The notes under the pieces were generated by a model. That model was not told the origin of the DNA, did no database searches, and saw nothing but the letters and a program-made list of their open reading frames with translations. A program made the translations under genes and the position numbers. Below, in pieces: positions 54,192-64,000 of a DNA stretch of 64,000 nt. Origin of the DNA: Candidatus Poribacteria bacterium (lineage in GTDB: Bacteria; Poribacteria; WGA-4E; UBA9662); NCBI GenBank assembly GCA_036339735.1, contig JAYZAL010000001.1, positions 32,001 through 96,000 of the forward strand, given 5' to 3'. Each line of letters begins with the position of its first letter. The first letter of the stretch is position 1.

Positions 54192-56153
54192 ATGGAGAAT
54201 AATCAAGTGAGTCAAAAATCCTACTCGCCATCTAGTGGCAAATATCCTATAGAAAAAGCCCATATTAACAGTTTAGATCAGTACAAAGAGATTTATGACC
54301 GATCGATCCAAGACCCTGAAGCATTCTGGTCGGAAATAGCTGAACGCATCACCTGGTTTAAGAAATGGGATCAAATTTGCGAGTATGATTTTGTTAACGC
54401 AAGTGTCAAGTGGTTTGAGGGGGCAACTCTAAATGCTTGCTACAACTGTTTAGATCGACACATTGAAGACGGACATGGAGATGATACTGCTCTGATCTGG
54501 GAAGGTAATAATCCAAACGACGACAAGACTTACACATTCAACCAACTTTTGACAGAGGTTAAGAAATTTTCGAATGTACTAAAAGCACAAGGTATAAAAA
54601 AAGGCGACCGAGTTTGTCTTTACTTACAGATGATACCAGAGTTAGCTATTGCTGTTTTAGCTTGTGCTAGAATTGGAGCTGTACATTCGGTAGTATTTGG
54701 TGCTTTTTCTGCTGATGCGCTACGTGATCGTATTAATGATTCTGAATGTAAGCTACTAATCACGCAAGATACAGCTGTTCGAGGCGCCAAGGGAGGTATC
54801 CCAATGAAAGCTAATGCTGATCAAGCATTAACTGAAACACCTTCCATCCAAAAAGTCGTTGTCATACAAAGGACCGGAGACCATGTAGATTTTGATGAAA
54901 GCCGAGACGTTTGGTGGCATGAAGCAATGTTGACAGTTGATGATGACTGTTCGCCTGAGGTAATGTTAGCCGAAGACCCCCTATTTATTCTATATACTTC
55001 AGGTTCGACAGGCCAACCCAAAGGAGTCCTGCATACAACGGGTGGATACATGGTTTACACGTCATATTCGCACGAGATAATTTTTGATTACCACCCAGGA
55101 GATGTGTATTGGTGTACAGCAGATATTGGCTGGATTACTGGTCATTCGTACATAATTTATGGACCATTAGCTAACCGATCTATTACGGTAATGTTCGAAG
55201 GTGTGCCAAATTATCCTGATTTCGGCCGATTTTGGCAGGTAGTAGAAAAGCATCAGGTCAACCTATTTTACACGGCCCCAACAGCCCTCAGAGCACTGAT
55301 GAAAGAAGGTGATAGCTGGGTGGAAAAATACGACAGATCTTCACTTCGTTTACTTGGTACAGTTGGTGAGACAATAAAAGAACCTGAATGGACTTGGTAT
55401 TATAATATCGTCGGTAATCAGAATTGTCCGATCGTTGATACTTGGTGGCAGACCGAAACAGGAGGTATTCTGATTACACCACTACCTGCTATTTCTGATC
55501 TGAAGCCAGGTTCGGCTATGATTCCCTTCTTTGGTATTGAACCTGTTTTATTGGATGAAAATGGGAACGAAGTTGAGGGTAATCCTGCTAGTGGTTACTT
55601 GTGTATTAAGTCGCCTTGGCCAAGTTTAATGCGTACCGTTTATGGGGACCACGAACGTTTTCGTCAGACTTATTTCGACCGATTTCCTGGTTATTATATG
55701 GCTGGAGATGGCGCTATGCGTGATGCTGACGGACACTATTGGATTACTGGTCGCGTCGACGATGTATTGAATGTTTCTGGACACCGGTTGGGAACCGCAG
55801 AAATTGAAGGGGCGATTGGTCAATATGAAACAGTAGCCGAAGCCGCAGTGGTCGGTTACCAGCATGATATCAAAGGGCAAGGGGTTTATGCATACGTGAC
55901 CTTGATGACGGGTCAATCCCCATCTGAACAAACAATTAGTGGTATCAAGCAAAAGGTGCGAACATTAATTGGGCCACACGCTACTCCAGACAAAATTCAG
56001 TTTACTCCATCTCTTCCGAAAACTAGATCTGGTAAAATTATGCGACGAATCCTACGTAAAATAGCCGAAGGTGATACTGAAAATTTGGGAGATACATCTA
56101 CTCTAGCTGACCCAACCGTGGTAGATGATTTACTATCCGGTAGCGAGTTATAA
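54192..56153 (+). CDS. acs: Acetyl-CoA synthetase
   Basis: [59 protein letters not shown]. Confidence 0.97.
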   Translation: MENNQVSQKSYSPSSGKYPIEKAHINSLDQYKEIYDRSIQDPEAFWSEIAERITWFKKWDQICEYDFVNASVKWFEGATLNACYNCLDRHIEDGHGDDTALIWEGNNPNDDKTYTFNQLLTEVKKFSNVLKAQGIKKGDRVCLYLQMIPELAIAVLACARIGAVHSVVFGAFSADALRDRINDSECKLLITQDTAVRGAKGGIPMKANADQALTETPSIQKVVVIQRTGDHVDFDESRDVWWHEAMLTVDDDCSPEVMLAEDPLFILYTSGSTGQPKGVLHTTGGYMVYTSYSHEIIFDYHPGDVYWCTADIGWITGHSYIIYGPLANRSITVMFEGVPNYPDFGRFWQVVEKHQVNLFYTAPTALRALMKEGDSWVEKYDRSSLRLLGTVGETIKEPEWTWYYNIVGNQNCPIVDTWWQTETGGILITPLPAISDLKPGSAMIPFFGIEPVLLDENGNEVEGNPASGYLCIKSPWPSLMRTVYGDHERFRQTYFDRFPGYYMAGDGAMRDADGHYWITGRVDDVLNVSGHRLGTAEIEGAIGQYETVAEAAVVGYQHDIKGQGVYAYVTLMTGQSPSEQTISGIKQKVRTLIGPHATPDKIQFTPSLPKTRSGKIMRRILRKIAEGDTENLGDTSTLADPTVVDDLLSGSEL

Positions 56154-56155
56154 CC

Positions 56156-57652
56156 TTGGAAACGGGAAGTAAATTGTGGGCTGGCCGTTTCACTAGTGAA
56201 ATGGACAATCTAATGCTTGATTTCACTCATTCGACTGAGACAGATTCACGCTTAATTCCCTACGATATTTGGGGTAGTCAAGTTCACGCTTTGATGTTAT
56301 CCCACCAAAATATTATTAACCCCACTGATTTATCACCAATTTTGATTTGGTTAGAGAAAGCATTAAGCGATTTTCACGAAGGTAAATTTGTGCTTGACCC
56401 AACTAAAGAAGATGTTCACATGAACGTTGAATCATATGTGATAGAAGGTGCTGGGGCAGAATTTGGGGGTAAACTACACACTGCTCGATCCAGAAATGAT
56501 CAAGTTTTAACGGATACTCGCTTGTATAGTAGAGAACAAATTTTGATTATTTGTTCTAACCTAGTTGTCTTATGTAAAGCATTTCTCAATATTGCAACCA
56601 AACATACGACAACAGTGATGCCTGGTTATACTCATACCCAGCACGCTCAGCCGATCAGTTTGGGCTTTTGGGCTACGGCTTATATCAGTATGTTTTTGAG
56701 AGATTTTAAGCGTTTATTTTCTGCTTTTGAAACAACTAATACTAACCCGTTAGGAGCTGGTGCTTTAAGTGGTACTAATTTACCTATAGATCGATCTTTT
56801 ACAACCGAATTACTAGGTTTCCAAAGTACACACCAACACGCATTGGACGTGATCAGTTCTCGAGATTTTATTGCTGAAACCCTTTCAGCCTTAGCCATTT
56901 TAATGACTAATTTGTCTCGATTTAGTGAGGAGATTGTCTACTGGACAACATATGAGTTTGGTTTAATCCAACTTGATGATAGTTTCGCTTCTGGTAGTTC
57001 GATCATGCCACAAAAAAAGAATGCTGATGTGGCTGAGCTAACAAGAGGGCGCTTTAGCCAAGTTCTAGGGGCACTGGTCGATTTATTGAGTAATCTGAAA
57101 AGTTTACCCTTGGGTTATAATAGGGATCTTCAGGAAGATAAGCCACCACTTTGGCGATCATTTGATACAGTTACCGCGTGTCTGAAAATTCTGCCCAAAA
57201 TGTCACAGACACTAACATTTAATACCGACCGAATGGCTCAGTTATGTCAAGCCAACTTTTCTACTGCCACAGAGTTAGCCAACTACCTAGTACAGGAAAA
57301 AGGTATACCATTTCGACAGTGCCACGATATAGTTGGTAAGGTCGTTGGCCAACTAGTAAAAAGTAATCACACTTTTGACAATTTAGATAGAACTGCAAGT
57401 CTGCTTGCAGAAATGTCAATCGAAATTTCTATATCAGATTTAGCTTCCATTTTAGCACCGGGGGAAGCTCTAATTCGAAATAAAAGTACTGGAGGAACAT
57501 CGCCTAAAGAGGTGAAAGCTATGATAAAAGAATTTGAAAATCAGCTAGAAAACATCGAAACTAGTATACGGTCTCGAACTGAACAAATCGAGTTAGCCTA
57601 CGAACGAACTCAGCAAATGATAAAAAGCAAAATACAGAATCCATCTATATAA
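56156..57652 (+). CDS. argH: Argininosuccinate lyase
   Basis: KLWAGRF, EDVHM, HTARSRNDQ, MPGYTH, GSSIMPQKKN, YNRDLQEDK. TTG start 2 bp after acs. Confidence 0.96.
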   Translation: METGSKLWAGRFTSEMDNLMLDFTHSTETDSRLIPYDIWGSQVHALMLSHQNIINPTDLSPILIWLEKALSDFHEGKFVLDPTKEDVHMNVESYVIEGAGAEFGGKLHTARSRNDQVLTDTRLYSREQILIICSNLVVLCKAFLNIATKHTTTVMPGYTHTQHAQPISLGFWATAYISMFLRDFKRLFSAFETTNTNPLGAGALSGTNLPIDRSFTTELLGFQSTHQHALDVISSRDFIAETLSALAILMTNLSRFSEEIVYWTTYEFGLIQLDDSFASGSSIMPQKKNADVAELTRGRFSQVLGALVDLLSNLKSLPLGYNRDLQEDKPPLWRSFDTVTACLKILPKMSQTLTFNTDRMAQLCQANFSTATELANYLVQEKGIPFRQCHDIVGKVVGQLVKSNHTFDNLDRTASLLAEMSIEISISDLASILAPGEALIRNKSTGGTSPKEVKAMIKEFENQLENIETSIRSRTEQIELAYERTQQMIKSKIQNPSI

Positions 57653-58221
57653 GTTTTTTCCTTTTTTGTGCGTTTTGGCCATACTGAATCATATTCTCTT
57701 AAAAAATACTTATTCTTTCATTTTCGTCCTGAAGTTCCAAGATATTTATTAAGAAGTGTAAATATTGAACGATCTTTATAAAAAGTAGCTAAAACATTGT
57801 TTAATTTTTAGCGTAATAATTTCTGGACTGGTGAAAATTACTATTTGTTGCAAACCAAATGGAAAGCTTTTCAATGGTTCTTGAAGTGTATTTTTCAATT
57901 ACTTCTGCAGTAATATAATCCCATTTCTTACATTCATCTCGTTTACGGTGCTATTTTTTAAATCAACCATTTTCATTTTTCCAAAAAATCATGTTATTCC
58001 GTAAACGGATCGCTTACCCTAAGCGGTTAAATAAACCAGAGTCAAGTATTATTAGGCAGTACTCTGACCATACTTGATGGCTAAATTCAGCCCTTAGTGA
58101 TAATACTGAATTAATCACATGCTCTTCAAGATCAATCAAGCTACATGTATGCGTCCAAATATCAAACTTAGTAGAACATGGGATGGATCCATTCTGATTA
58201 GTAATATTCAGGAATCAACTT

Positions 58222-60075
58222 ATGCCACACAAAAAACGAATCGCTCTTTGCTTAATTCTGTTTCAGTTGTTGGTTGCTGTACATAGCGAAAACTACCAAA
58301 AACAGAATATTTCTGTTTTGCCTTTTTCCGGTTGGAAAGGGAAAAATGCTGCTGGTTTTCAATCGGCATTAACTAATAAAATCATCCACCGAATAATCAA
58401 TTCTCAACGGTTTAATGTTATTGATCGAGTGAACTTGGAACGAATTATAGAAGAACAAAACCTTCAGTTATCTGGTGTTATCGACGAAAATACAGTAGTA
58501 CAAGTTGGAAGATTAGCCGGTGTACAAAGGTGTATTATTGGTAATTTTACAGGTAACTCAGTTGAGTATTATCCGGCTAAAAAAAATGACCAAGGGAAAA
58601 TTATACGACATAGCTACTACGAATCTAACGTTAGTGCCACAATTCGTATGTTATCTGTCGAGAGTGGACATTACGATAAATCCGTGGAAACCTATGCTAG
58701 CGAACGGGGAGAAAATGCGGATGCGGCATTTTCAAAAGCACTGGATAAGCTAGCTGAAGCAGTCGTTACAGAATTTGAGAGTCAATTCCCCATTCAGACT
58801 ATTATCAAACGAATAGACCATTCAACTGTTACCATTGAACGGGGTAAAGATTCGGGAATCAAAATTGGTATGGCATTCATAATCTATGGGTTCCAACCTT
58901 CACCAGACGAGATTTTCGACGAAATTATAATTAACGACGACGTCCCCGAAGTTGGAATTATGAAAATTACTTCGATTGAAGCCCGGACAGCAAAGGGGCG
59001 TCTTTTTGGCGACTTCAGCGAAGTGATTGCAGGTAATCTAATTCGAGAAACTGATAGGCCAATCAAAATTGAAGCTAACATCTTAGAAAAGTCATTTGGT
59101 GGAATTACTATTAATGCTGGTGCTGATTTAGGGTTAACAAAAGGCACAACTTTCAAGGTTATGAAACGACAGAAAGATTTGATGGACCCGGAAACAGGCG
59201 AAGTCCATACTGATCAGTTTAAACCTGTTGGAACTGTAATGATTACAGAGGTACACCAAACTTTTTCTCGCGGCCGAATTGCTAAAGGCCGGTACTTCAT
59301 CCGTCGCGGGATGAAACTGGAACAAACAACTCCCTTTTATGGCTGGTTGGGTTTAGCAGTTAGTTACGGTATGTTTAGCCTGCAAAGCGAAACAAACAAT
59401 CGAGACAAAGAATATTTTAAAGTCGATAAATGGAACCATACTATCACACCAGTCTCATACACAGAGCGTGACTCATTAGTGAATAGAGGGTATGGACAGA
59501 CAATTATATCAATGGATTATTCTAATAAGGATGATCTTCCACTAACTGGTTTTCTGCTTCAGGCATCGGCTTATTTAAGGAAACCAATTAGTCAAATCTC
59601 GATCGGAGCTGATTTTAATTATTATAACCTCGGTGAAGAATCAGATTTAACATCATCAGGAATAGATTTGAAACTAAGTAAGCACTTTGGTCTTTTACCT
59701 GAAATCTTGTTTTTGAGCCCGATTATTGGTTTCGGTTTTGGGTATTGTGAACAGAAAGTTTCCGGCGACATTGTCCAATTACTTAGTCAGGGTAACGACA
59801 ATAAAGTGACAGCAGAGTCCTACCATTTTATTGTTGGTCTTGATGCTAAGTTGAAATTAGGTAAGCTAGTAGCTTGGGGAAATGCTAGTTACAAAACTTT
59901 AAGTTTTACAAATTGGAAATACCAAGTAGATAGCGGCAAGAGATCTGATGATGGAAAAATCCTTACAGAGGATAAGTCAATTGATAAAAAATACGTGGTG
60001 TATCCGAGTATAAAGATACCTTATGTGGTGACTATTGGTATAACTGGTGAATTTGACATTCACTTTTTCAACTAA
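58222..60075 (+). CDS. CsgG/HfaB-like domain protein with two FlgT-C-like beta repeats and a probable C-terminal beta-barrel
   Basis: Signal peptide. RFNVIDRVNLERIIEEQNLQLSG..D....QVGRLAGV. Repeats I-x-x-G-x-D-x-G-I/L-x-x-G-x-x-F. Alternating beta-strand C-terminus ending in F-F-N. Confidence 0.7.
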   Translation: MPHKKRIALCLILFQLLVAVHSENYQKQNISVLPFSGWKGKNAAGFQSALTNKIIHRIINSQRFNVIDRVNLERIIEEQNLQLSGVIDENTVVQVGRLAGVQRCIIGNFTGNSVEYYPAKKNDQGKIIRHSYYESNVSATIRMLSVESGHYDKSVETYASERGENADAAFSKALDKLAEAVVTEFESQFPIQTIIKRIDHSTVTIERGKDSGIKIGMAFIIYGFQPSPDEIFDEIIINDDVPEVGIMKITSIEARTAKGRLFGDFSEVIAGNLIRETDRPIKIEANILEKSFGGITINAGADLGLTKGTTFKVMKRQKDLMDPETGEVHTDQFKPVGTVMITEVHQTFSRGRIAKGRYFIRRGMKLEQTTPFYGWLGLAVSYGMFSLQSETNNRDKEYFKVDKWNHTITPVSYTERDSLVNRGYGQTIISMDYSNKDDLPLTGFLLQASAYLRKPISQISIGADFNYYNLGEESDLTSSGIDLKLSKHFGLLPEILFLSPIIGFGFGYCEQKVSGDIVQLLSQGNDNKVTAESYHFIVGLDAKLKLGKLVAWGNASYKTLSFTNWKYQVDSGKRSDDGKILTEDKSIDKKYVVYPSIKIPYVVTIGITGEFDIHFFN

Positions 60076-60090
60076 TTCTTTAAGGAATTA

Positions 60091-61527
60091 ATGATGAAAA
60101 GACTCAGTTTTTGGACATTTTTTTTTATCATTGCAATAGGTTGTAACAAAGCGAGTGTGAGAAAGACTTTTTCTGAAGATTTTGATTTGAAGCATCGATA
60201 TAAAAGCCAAAATACAATGAACAAGTCAAAACGATCTGTGGTTGCGCCCGAATGGCTAATATTGAGGCCATCTAACGACCTCTATTATATTGGCATAGGT
60301 CAAGCTAATATAGATGATAATAATTATACGCAACGAGCTAAAAACCGAGCCTTAGCCCAGGTTGCTGAGGAAATTTCAGTTACGATTTCAAGTGAAATGA
60401 TCAATACAGCAGTTGAAATCTCGGGCATGCTAGAAAGCGATTTTCAAGAAGATATTCGTACTTCTACTCAGAAAGAATTAGAAGGAGTAGAAACAGTAGG
60501 TTTTTGGCAAGATCACCAATTTTATTGGGTCTACTGTAGACTGAACAAAGCCAAATACAATGAACGACAAACTCAAAAAATCGATCAAGCCATACAAATA
60601 TCATTCGACCTTTACCAAAAAGCCACAAGTCAACTCAACGCCGGAGAATTGGCTAATGCCTTACCGTTATACTTACAAGCTCTTTTGCCTATTCAAAATT
60701 ATTTGGCTCAATCGTTAACAGTTAAACAGAATCAGAATTCTACTATCCAACTACAAGACCAAATTTATCTCCGGATTCGGCAGATCTTAGGGCAAATAAG
60801 AATAAGTACTGATTCTCCCGAAATTTCCGTTAAACTAGGCCAACCCAGTTTCAGTCAGTTAAAAGTCATAGTTGAATCATCAAAACCACTAAGGCAAATA
60901 CCAATTCGATTTAGCACCATCAGTCTTTCCACCGATCTTATGTCCACTGTGTTAACTGATCGGAATGGAGTTGCTTCAATACGCATAAACCCCAAAGAAT
61001 TCAATATAGAAGAGACCCAGATTGCGGAGGCAAAACTGGATTTGTCTGCTTTAATCGGTTTTGGCCAAATTACATCGAAATATTTGGAAATGTTGATTGA
61101 GGATTTTCCAGTGCCGACTATCAAGCTTATCGTAAAGATAATTAAACCATCAATCTGTATCAAGTCAGTCGAAACAAATATGGGCAAGTCTTCATCTGTA
61201 TCATACGTAACGGAAAAAATAAAAGAAGTACTCGTAGACAAAGGATTTACATTCAAGGAAAGTGTAGTTGAAGCCGATTTTGTAATTAATTTACATGCTA
61301 GAACAAGAGCGGGTAGCGAAGTCTTTGGCCAATTTGTAGCTTACGCCGATTTAACAATAGCCGTAACGAACACAATGACTGATCAGGAGATTTACCACCA
61401 GGGATTAGTAAACATCAAAGGTATACACACTAATTATTGGGAAGCAGGGCTAAAAGCGTTGGAAAAAGCTAGAAATCAGATAAACGTAGAAGTCACACCC
61501 AATTTACTTATAGCAATCCAAAAATAG
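60091..61527 (+). CDS. LPP20-family lipoprotein
   Basis: Lipobox IAIGC. APEW...YYIGIG...AKNRALAQVAEEISVTISS. Confidence 0.75.
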   Translation: MMKRLSFWTFFFIIAIGCNKASVRKTFSEDFDLKHRYKSQNTMNKSKRSVVAPEWLILRPSNDLYYIGIGQANIDDNNYTQRAKNRALAQVAEEISVTISSEMINTAVEISGMLESDFQEDIRTSTQKELEGVETVGFWQDHQFYWVYCRLNKAKYNERQTQKIDQAIQISFDLYQKATSQLNAGELANALPLYLQALLPIQNYLAQSLTVKQNQNSTIQLQDQIYLRIRQILGQIRISTDSPEISVKLGQPSFSQLKVIVESSKPLRQIPIRFSTISLSTDLMSTVLTDRNGVASIRINPKEFNIEETQIAEAKLDLSALIGFGQITSKYLEMLIEDFPVPTIKLIVKIIKPSICIKSVETNMGKSSSVSYVTEKIKEVLVDKGFTFKESVVEADFVINLHARTRAGSEVFGQFVAYADLTIAVTNTMTDQEIYHQGLVNIKGIHTNYWEAGLKALEKARNQINVEVTPNLLIAIQK

Positions 61528-61548
61528 TTGATTGATTATCGATAAACG

Positions 61549-63078
61549 CTAACCATTTTCCCTGAAGTGGATAACTTTATTGATTGCGTTAATATATGCT
61601 TTTGCGCTAGCCTCTATAATATCAGTACTAGCTCCGTGTCCAACAAATGAACGCCCTTTTTCTTTTACTTTGACAGTTACTTCTCCAATCGCATCCATTC
61701 CTTCTGTTACAGAACGGATTTGATAATCTGATAATGTTGGAGAAAAACCTGTGACGCGTGAAATGGCCTTATAAGTTGCATCGACTGGGCCATCTCCTGT
61801 AGCTGCTTCAGTCACTGCTCCCTCTGCGGTTGTTATACCAACTGTAGCAGTTGAAGTAATCTGATTCCCGCTGAAAATCTGAATGTGATCAAATTGGTAT
61901 CGAGATTCACTCACTAGAACAGTTTCTGATTCGTCTTGCATAATTGCTTCAAGATCAGCATCATGTACTTCTTTCTTTTTGTCAGCCAAAGAGAGAAAAC
62001 GTTCGTAGACCGAATCGAGTTGTTCTGTTTCAATTTCATAACCTAGTACAGCTAGGCGATGACGCAATGCATTTCGGCCAGATCTTGGACTCAATATAAT
62101 CTGGCTCTCTTGCAAACCAACCACTGTGGGGTTAATAATCTCAAAAGTATCTCTCTGCTTAATCACTCCATCTTGATGAATGCCAGAACTATGGGCAAAG
62201 GCATTGGCTCCGACAATAGCTTTATTGGCTGCTACTGGCATTCCCATAGTCCGACTTACCAGCCGGCTAATAGGTACAATCTCAGTAGTATCAACATCAG
62301 TATGAACATCTGCAAAATGATCACGCCGAGTACGAATGGCCATAACAATTTCTTCCATCGAGGTGTTACCAGCACGTTCACCTAGTCCATTCACTGTACA
62401 TTCAACTTGTCGCGCCCCATTTTTGATAGCCGCTATACTATTGGCAACGGCCAACCCCAAATCGTTATGACAATGAACACTAATAATAACTTGATTAATA
62501 TTATTAACGTTCTGTTTTATCTTAGCAATCAACTTACCAAATTCTGAAGGTATAGCATATCCAACGGTATCAGGTATATTGATAATGCTAGCGCCTGCTT
62601 CAATAGTAGCTTCTATGATCTCAAAAAGATAAACGGGATCAGTCCGAGCAGCGTCCATCGGCGAAAATTCGACTGTCGGGCACAAATCTCGTGCATACGC
62701 AACTGATTCAATCGACGACTTCAGAATAGTGTCTTCATCTGAACGCATTATTCCCTTGATGTGAATCTCTGATGTACCAACAAAAGTGTGTATTCTAGGT
62801 CGTTTGGCTTCCCTGATTGCCTCCCATGCATCAGTAATATCCTTTTCAATAATTCTTGATAATGCACAGATTTCTGGGCCCTCAACTTCACTGGCAATTC
62901 GACTTACAGCTTCAAAGTCAGCAGGAGAAGAACGTGGGAAGCCCGCTTCTATAACATCCACATTCAGAGCGGATAGATGTTTTGCTATTGCAAGTTTCTC
63001 ATTACCGTTTAGGGCTGCGCCAGGTGTTTGCTCTGCGTCCCGCAACGTTGTATCAAAGATCAATATTTTTTCAGACAT
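61549..63078 (-). CDS. leuA: 2-isopropylmalate synthase
   Basis: [47 protein letters not shown], regulatory GDGPVDA. ATG 63078 preferred over TTG 63108. Confidence 0.96.
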   Translation of the reverse strand: MSEKILIFDTTLRDAEQTPGAALNGNEKLAIAKHLSALNVDVIEAGFPRSSPADFEAVSRIASEVEGPEICALSRIIEKDITDAWEAIREAKRPRIHTFVGTSEIHIKGIMRSDEDTILKSSIESVAYARDLCPTVEFSPMDAARTDPVYLFEIIEATIEAGASIINIPDTVGYAIPSEFGKLIAKIKQNVNNINQVIISVHCHNDLGLAVANSIAAIKNGARQVECTVNGLGERAGNTSMEEIVMAIRTRRDHFADVHTDVDTTEIVPISRLVSRTMGMPVAANKAIVGANAFAHSSGIHQDGVIKQRDTFEIINPTVVGLQESQIILSPRSGRNALRHRLAVLGYEIETEQLDSVYERFLSLADKKKEVHDADLEAIMQDESETVLVSESRYQFDHIQIFSGNQITSTATVGITTAEGAVTEAATGDGPVDATYKAISRVTGFSPTLSDYQIRSVTEGMDAIGEVTVKVKEKGRSFVGHGASTDIIEASAKAYINAINKVIHFRENG

Positions 63079-63109
63079 CCGTCGATTCCCTATATGTTGC
63101 TGTTTCAAC

Positions 63110-64000
63110 TCAATCCATATCGCGACCGATAGCAGTAGCTAAATGTTTCAAATCATTCATCAAAATACTAAATTGGTCTGGAAAAAGAGACTGAACACCA
63201 TCACCGGTCATCGAATTGTCTGGATCGTGGTGAACTTCTAAAATAAGGCCATCGGCACCGGCTGCAATCGAAGCTTTTGACATTGGAGCAACATAACTAC
63301 GTATTCCTGTCCCATGACTTGGGTCTGAAATAATTGGTAAATGGCTGAGTTCTTTGATCGCAGGAATGGCATTAAGATCAAGTGTGTTTCGAGTATGCGT
63401 TTCAAAAGTACGAATTCCTCTTTCGCATAGGATAACGTTGGGGTTACCTTCAGATAGAATATATTCAGCTGCCAACAACCATTCTTCAATAGTTGAAGAG
63501 AAACCACGTTTTAGTATGACAGGCTTTTGTTGTTTCCCAACTTCACGCAACAGATAGAAATTTTGCATGTTTCGTGTACCCAACTGAAAAATATCAGTAT
63601 ATTGGCCTACCAATTCGACTTCGTGTGGAGTCATTACTTCAGTTACAATACCAAGTCCTGTTTCATTTCTAGCACAAACTAGCATTTCAAGAGCAGACTT
63701 TCCAAACCCTTGAAAACTATATGGGCCTGTTCTTGGTTTAAAAGCCCCACCTCGGATAAAATTAGCACCTGACATCTTGATCTCTTGAGCAATTCGGACA
63801 ATCTGTTCAGTGTTCTCCACAGCACATGGCCCTGCAATCACGACCAATTGTCTGCTACCGATTTTGGTTCCGTTGGACTCTATAACTGTGGGTTCATCCC
63901 GAAATTGACGGCTTGCCAGTTTATACGGCGCTGAAATTGGCATAGTACGATCGACTCCTTTCATTGACTCGATAGGTTGATTGGCCAACTTGGATTTATC
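63110..64000 (-). CDS. aroF: 3-deoxy-7-phosphoheptulonate (DAHP) synthase, class I-beta; 5'-truncated by the window
   Basis: IAGPCAVE, RGGAFKPRT.PYSFQG, RNMQNF, LCERGIRTFE, DPSHGTG. The frame is open to position 64000, so an N-terminal ACT-like domain is probably off-window. Confidence 0.93.
   Translation of the reverse strand, partial: DKSKLANQPIESMKGVDRTMPISAPYKLASRQFRDEPTVIESNGTKIGSRQLVVIAGPCAVENTEQIVRIAQEIKMSGANFIRGGAFKPRTGPYSFQGFGKSALEMLVCARNETGLGIVTEVMTPHEVELVGQYTDIFQLGTRNMQNFYLLREVGKQQKPVILKRGFSSTIEEWLLAAEYILSEGNPNVILCERGIRTFETHTRNTLDLNAIPAIKELSHLPIISDPSHGTGIRSYVAPMSKASIAAGADGLILEVHHDPDNSMTGDGVQSLFPDQFSILMNDLKHLATAIGRDMD

Overview
A gene-dense bacterial chromosome segment of moderate-low GC (roughly 40% by eye) with about 45 protein-coding genes. 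I saw no rRNA, tRNA, CRISPR array, transposase or phage gene. Housekeeping genes: rpsT, tsaD-tsaC, ilvD, pyrR-pyrC-carA-carB, acs, argH, leuA and a DAHP synthase cut by the window edge. Accessory genes: three ABC systems (phnC-phnE without phnD, a PhnD/putative-selenate-type ABC, a carbohydrate ABC cluster with two PLP enzymes), a sulfatase, a PhyH dioxygenase, a DUF1800/DUF1501 pair, two ~1400-1500 aa Ig-repeat secreted proteins with FlgD/T9SS-like C-termini, and a CsgG-like + LPP20 pair. The gene mix suggests a marine Poribacteria-like or other PVC/FCB-adjacent organism; this is inference only. Best non-coding signals read directly from the sequence: (1) a consensus PyrR attenuator whose first regulated gene is an HD-domain nucleotidase, in a pyr operon lacking pyrB; (2) an unassigned multi-stem RNA candidate at ~38159-38263; (3) a structured ~210 nt leader before an orphan gene at 11100-11471; (4) an ECF-sigma-type promoter followed by a frameshifted gene upstream of DUF1800/DUF1501. 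A PhyH enzyme carries a ~145 aa insertion that starts with an HTH-like motif. All family names come from motif recognition, not database searches.
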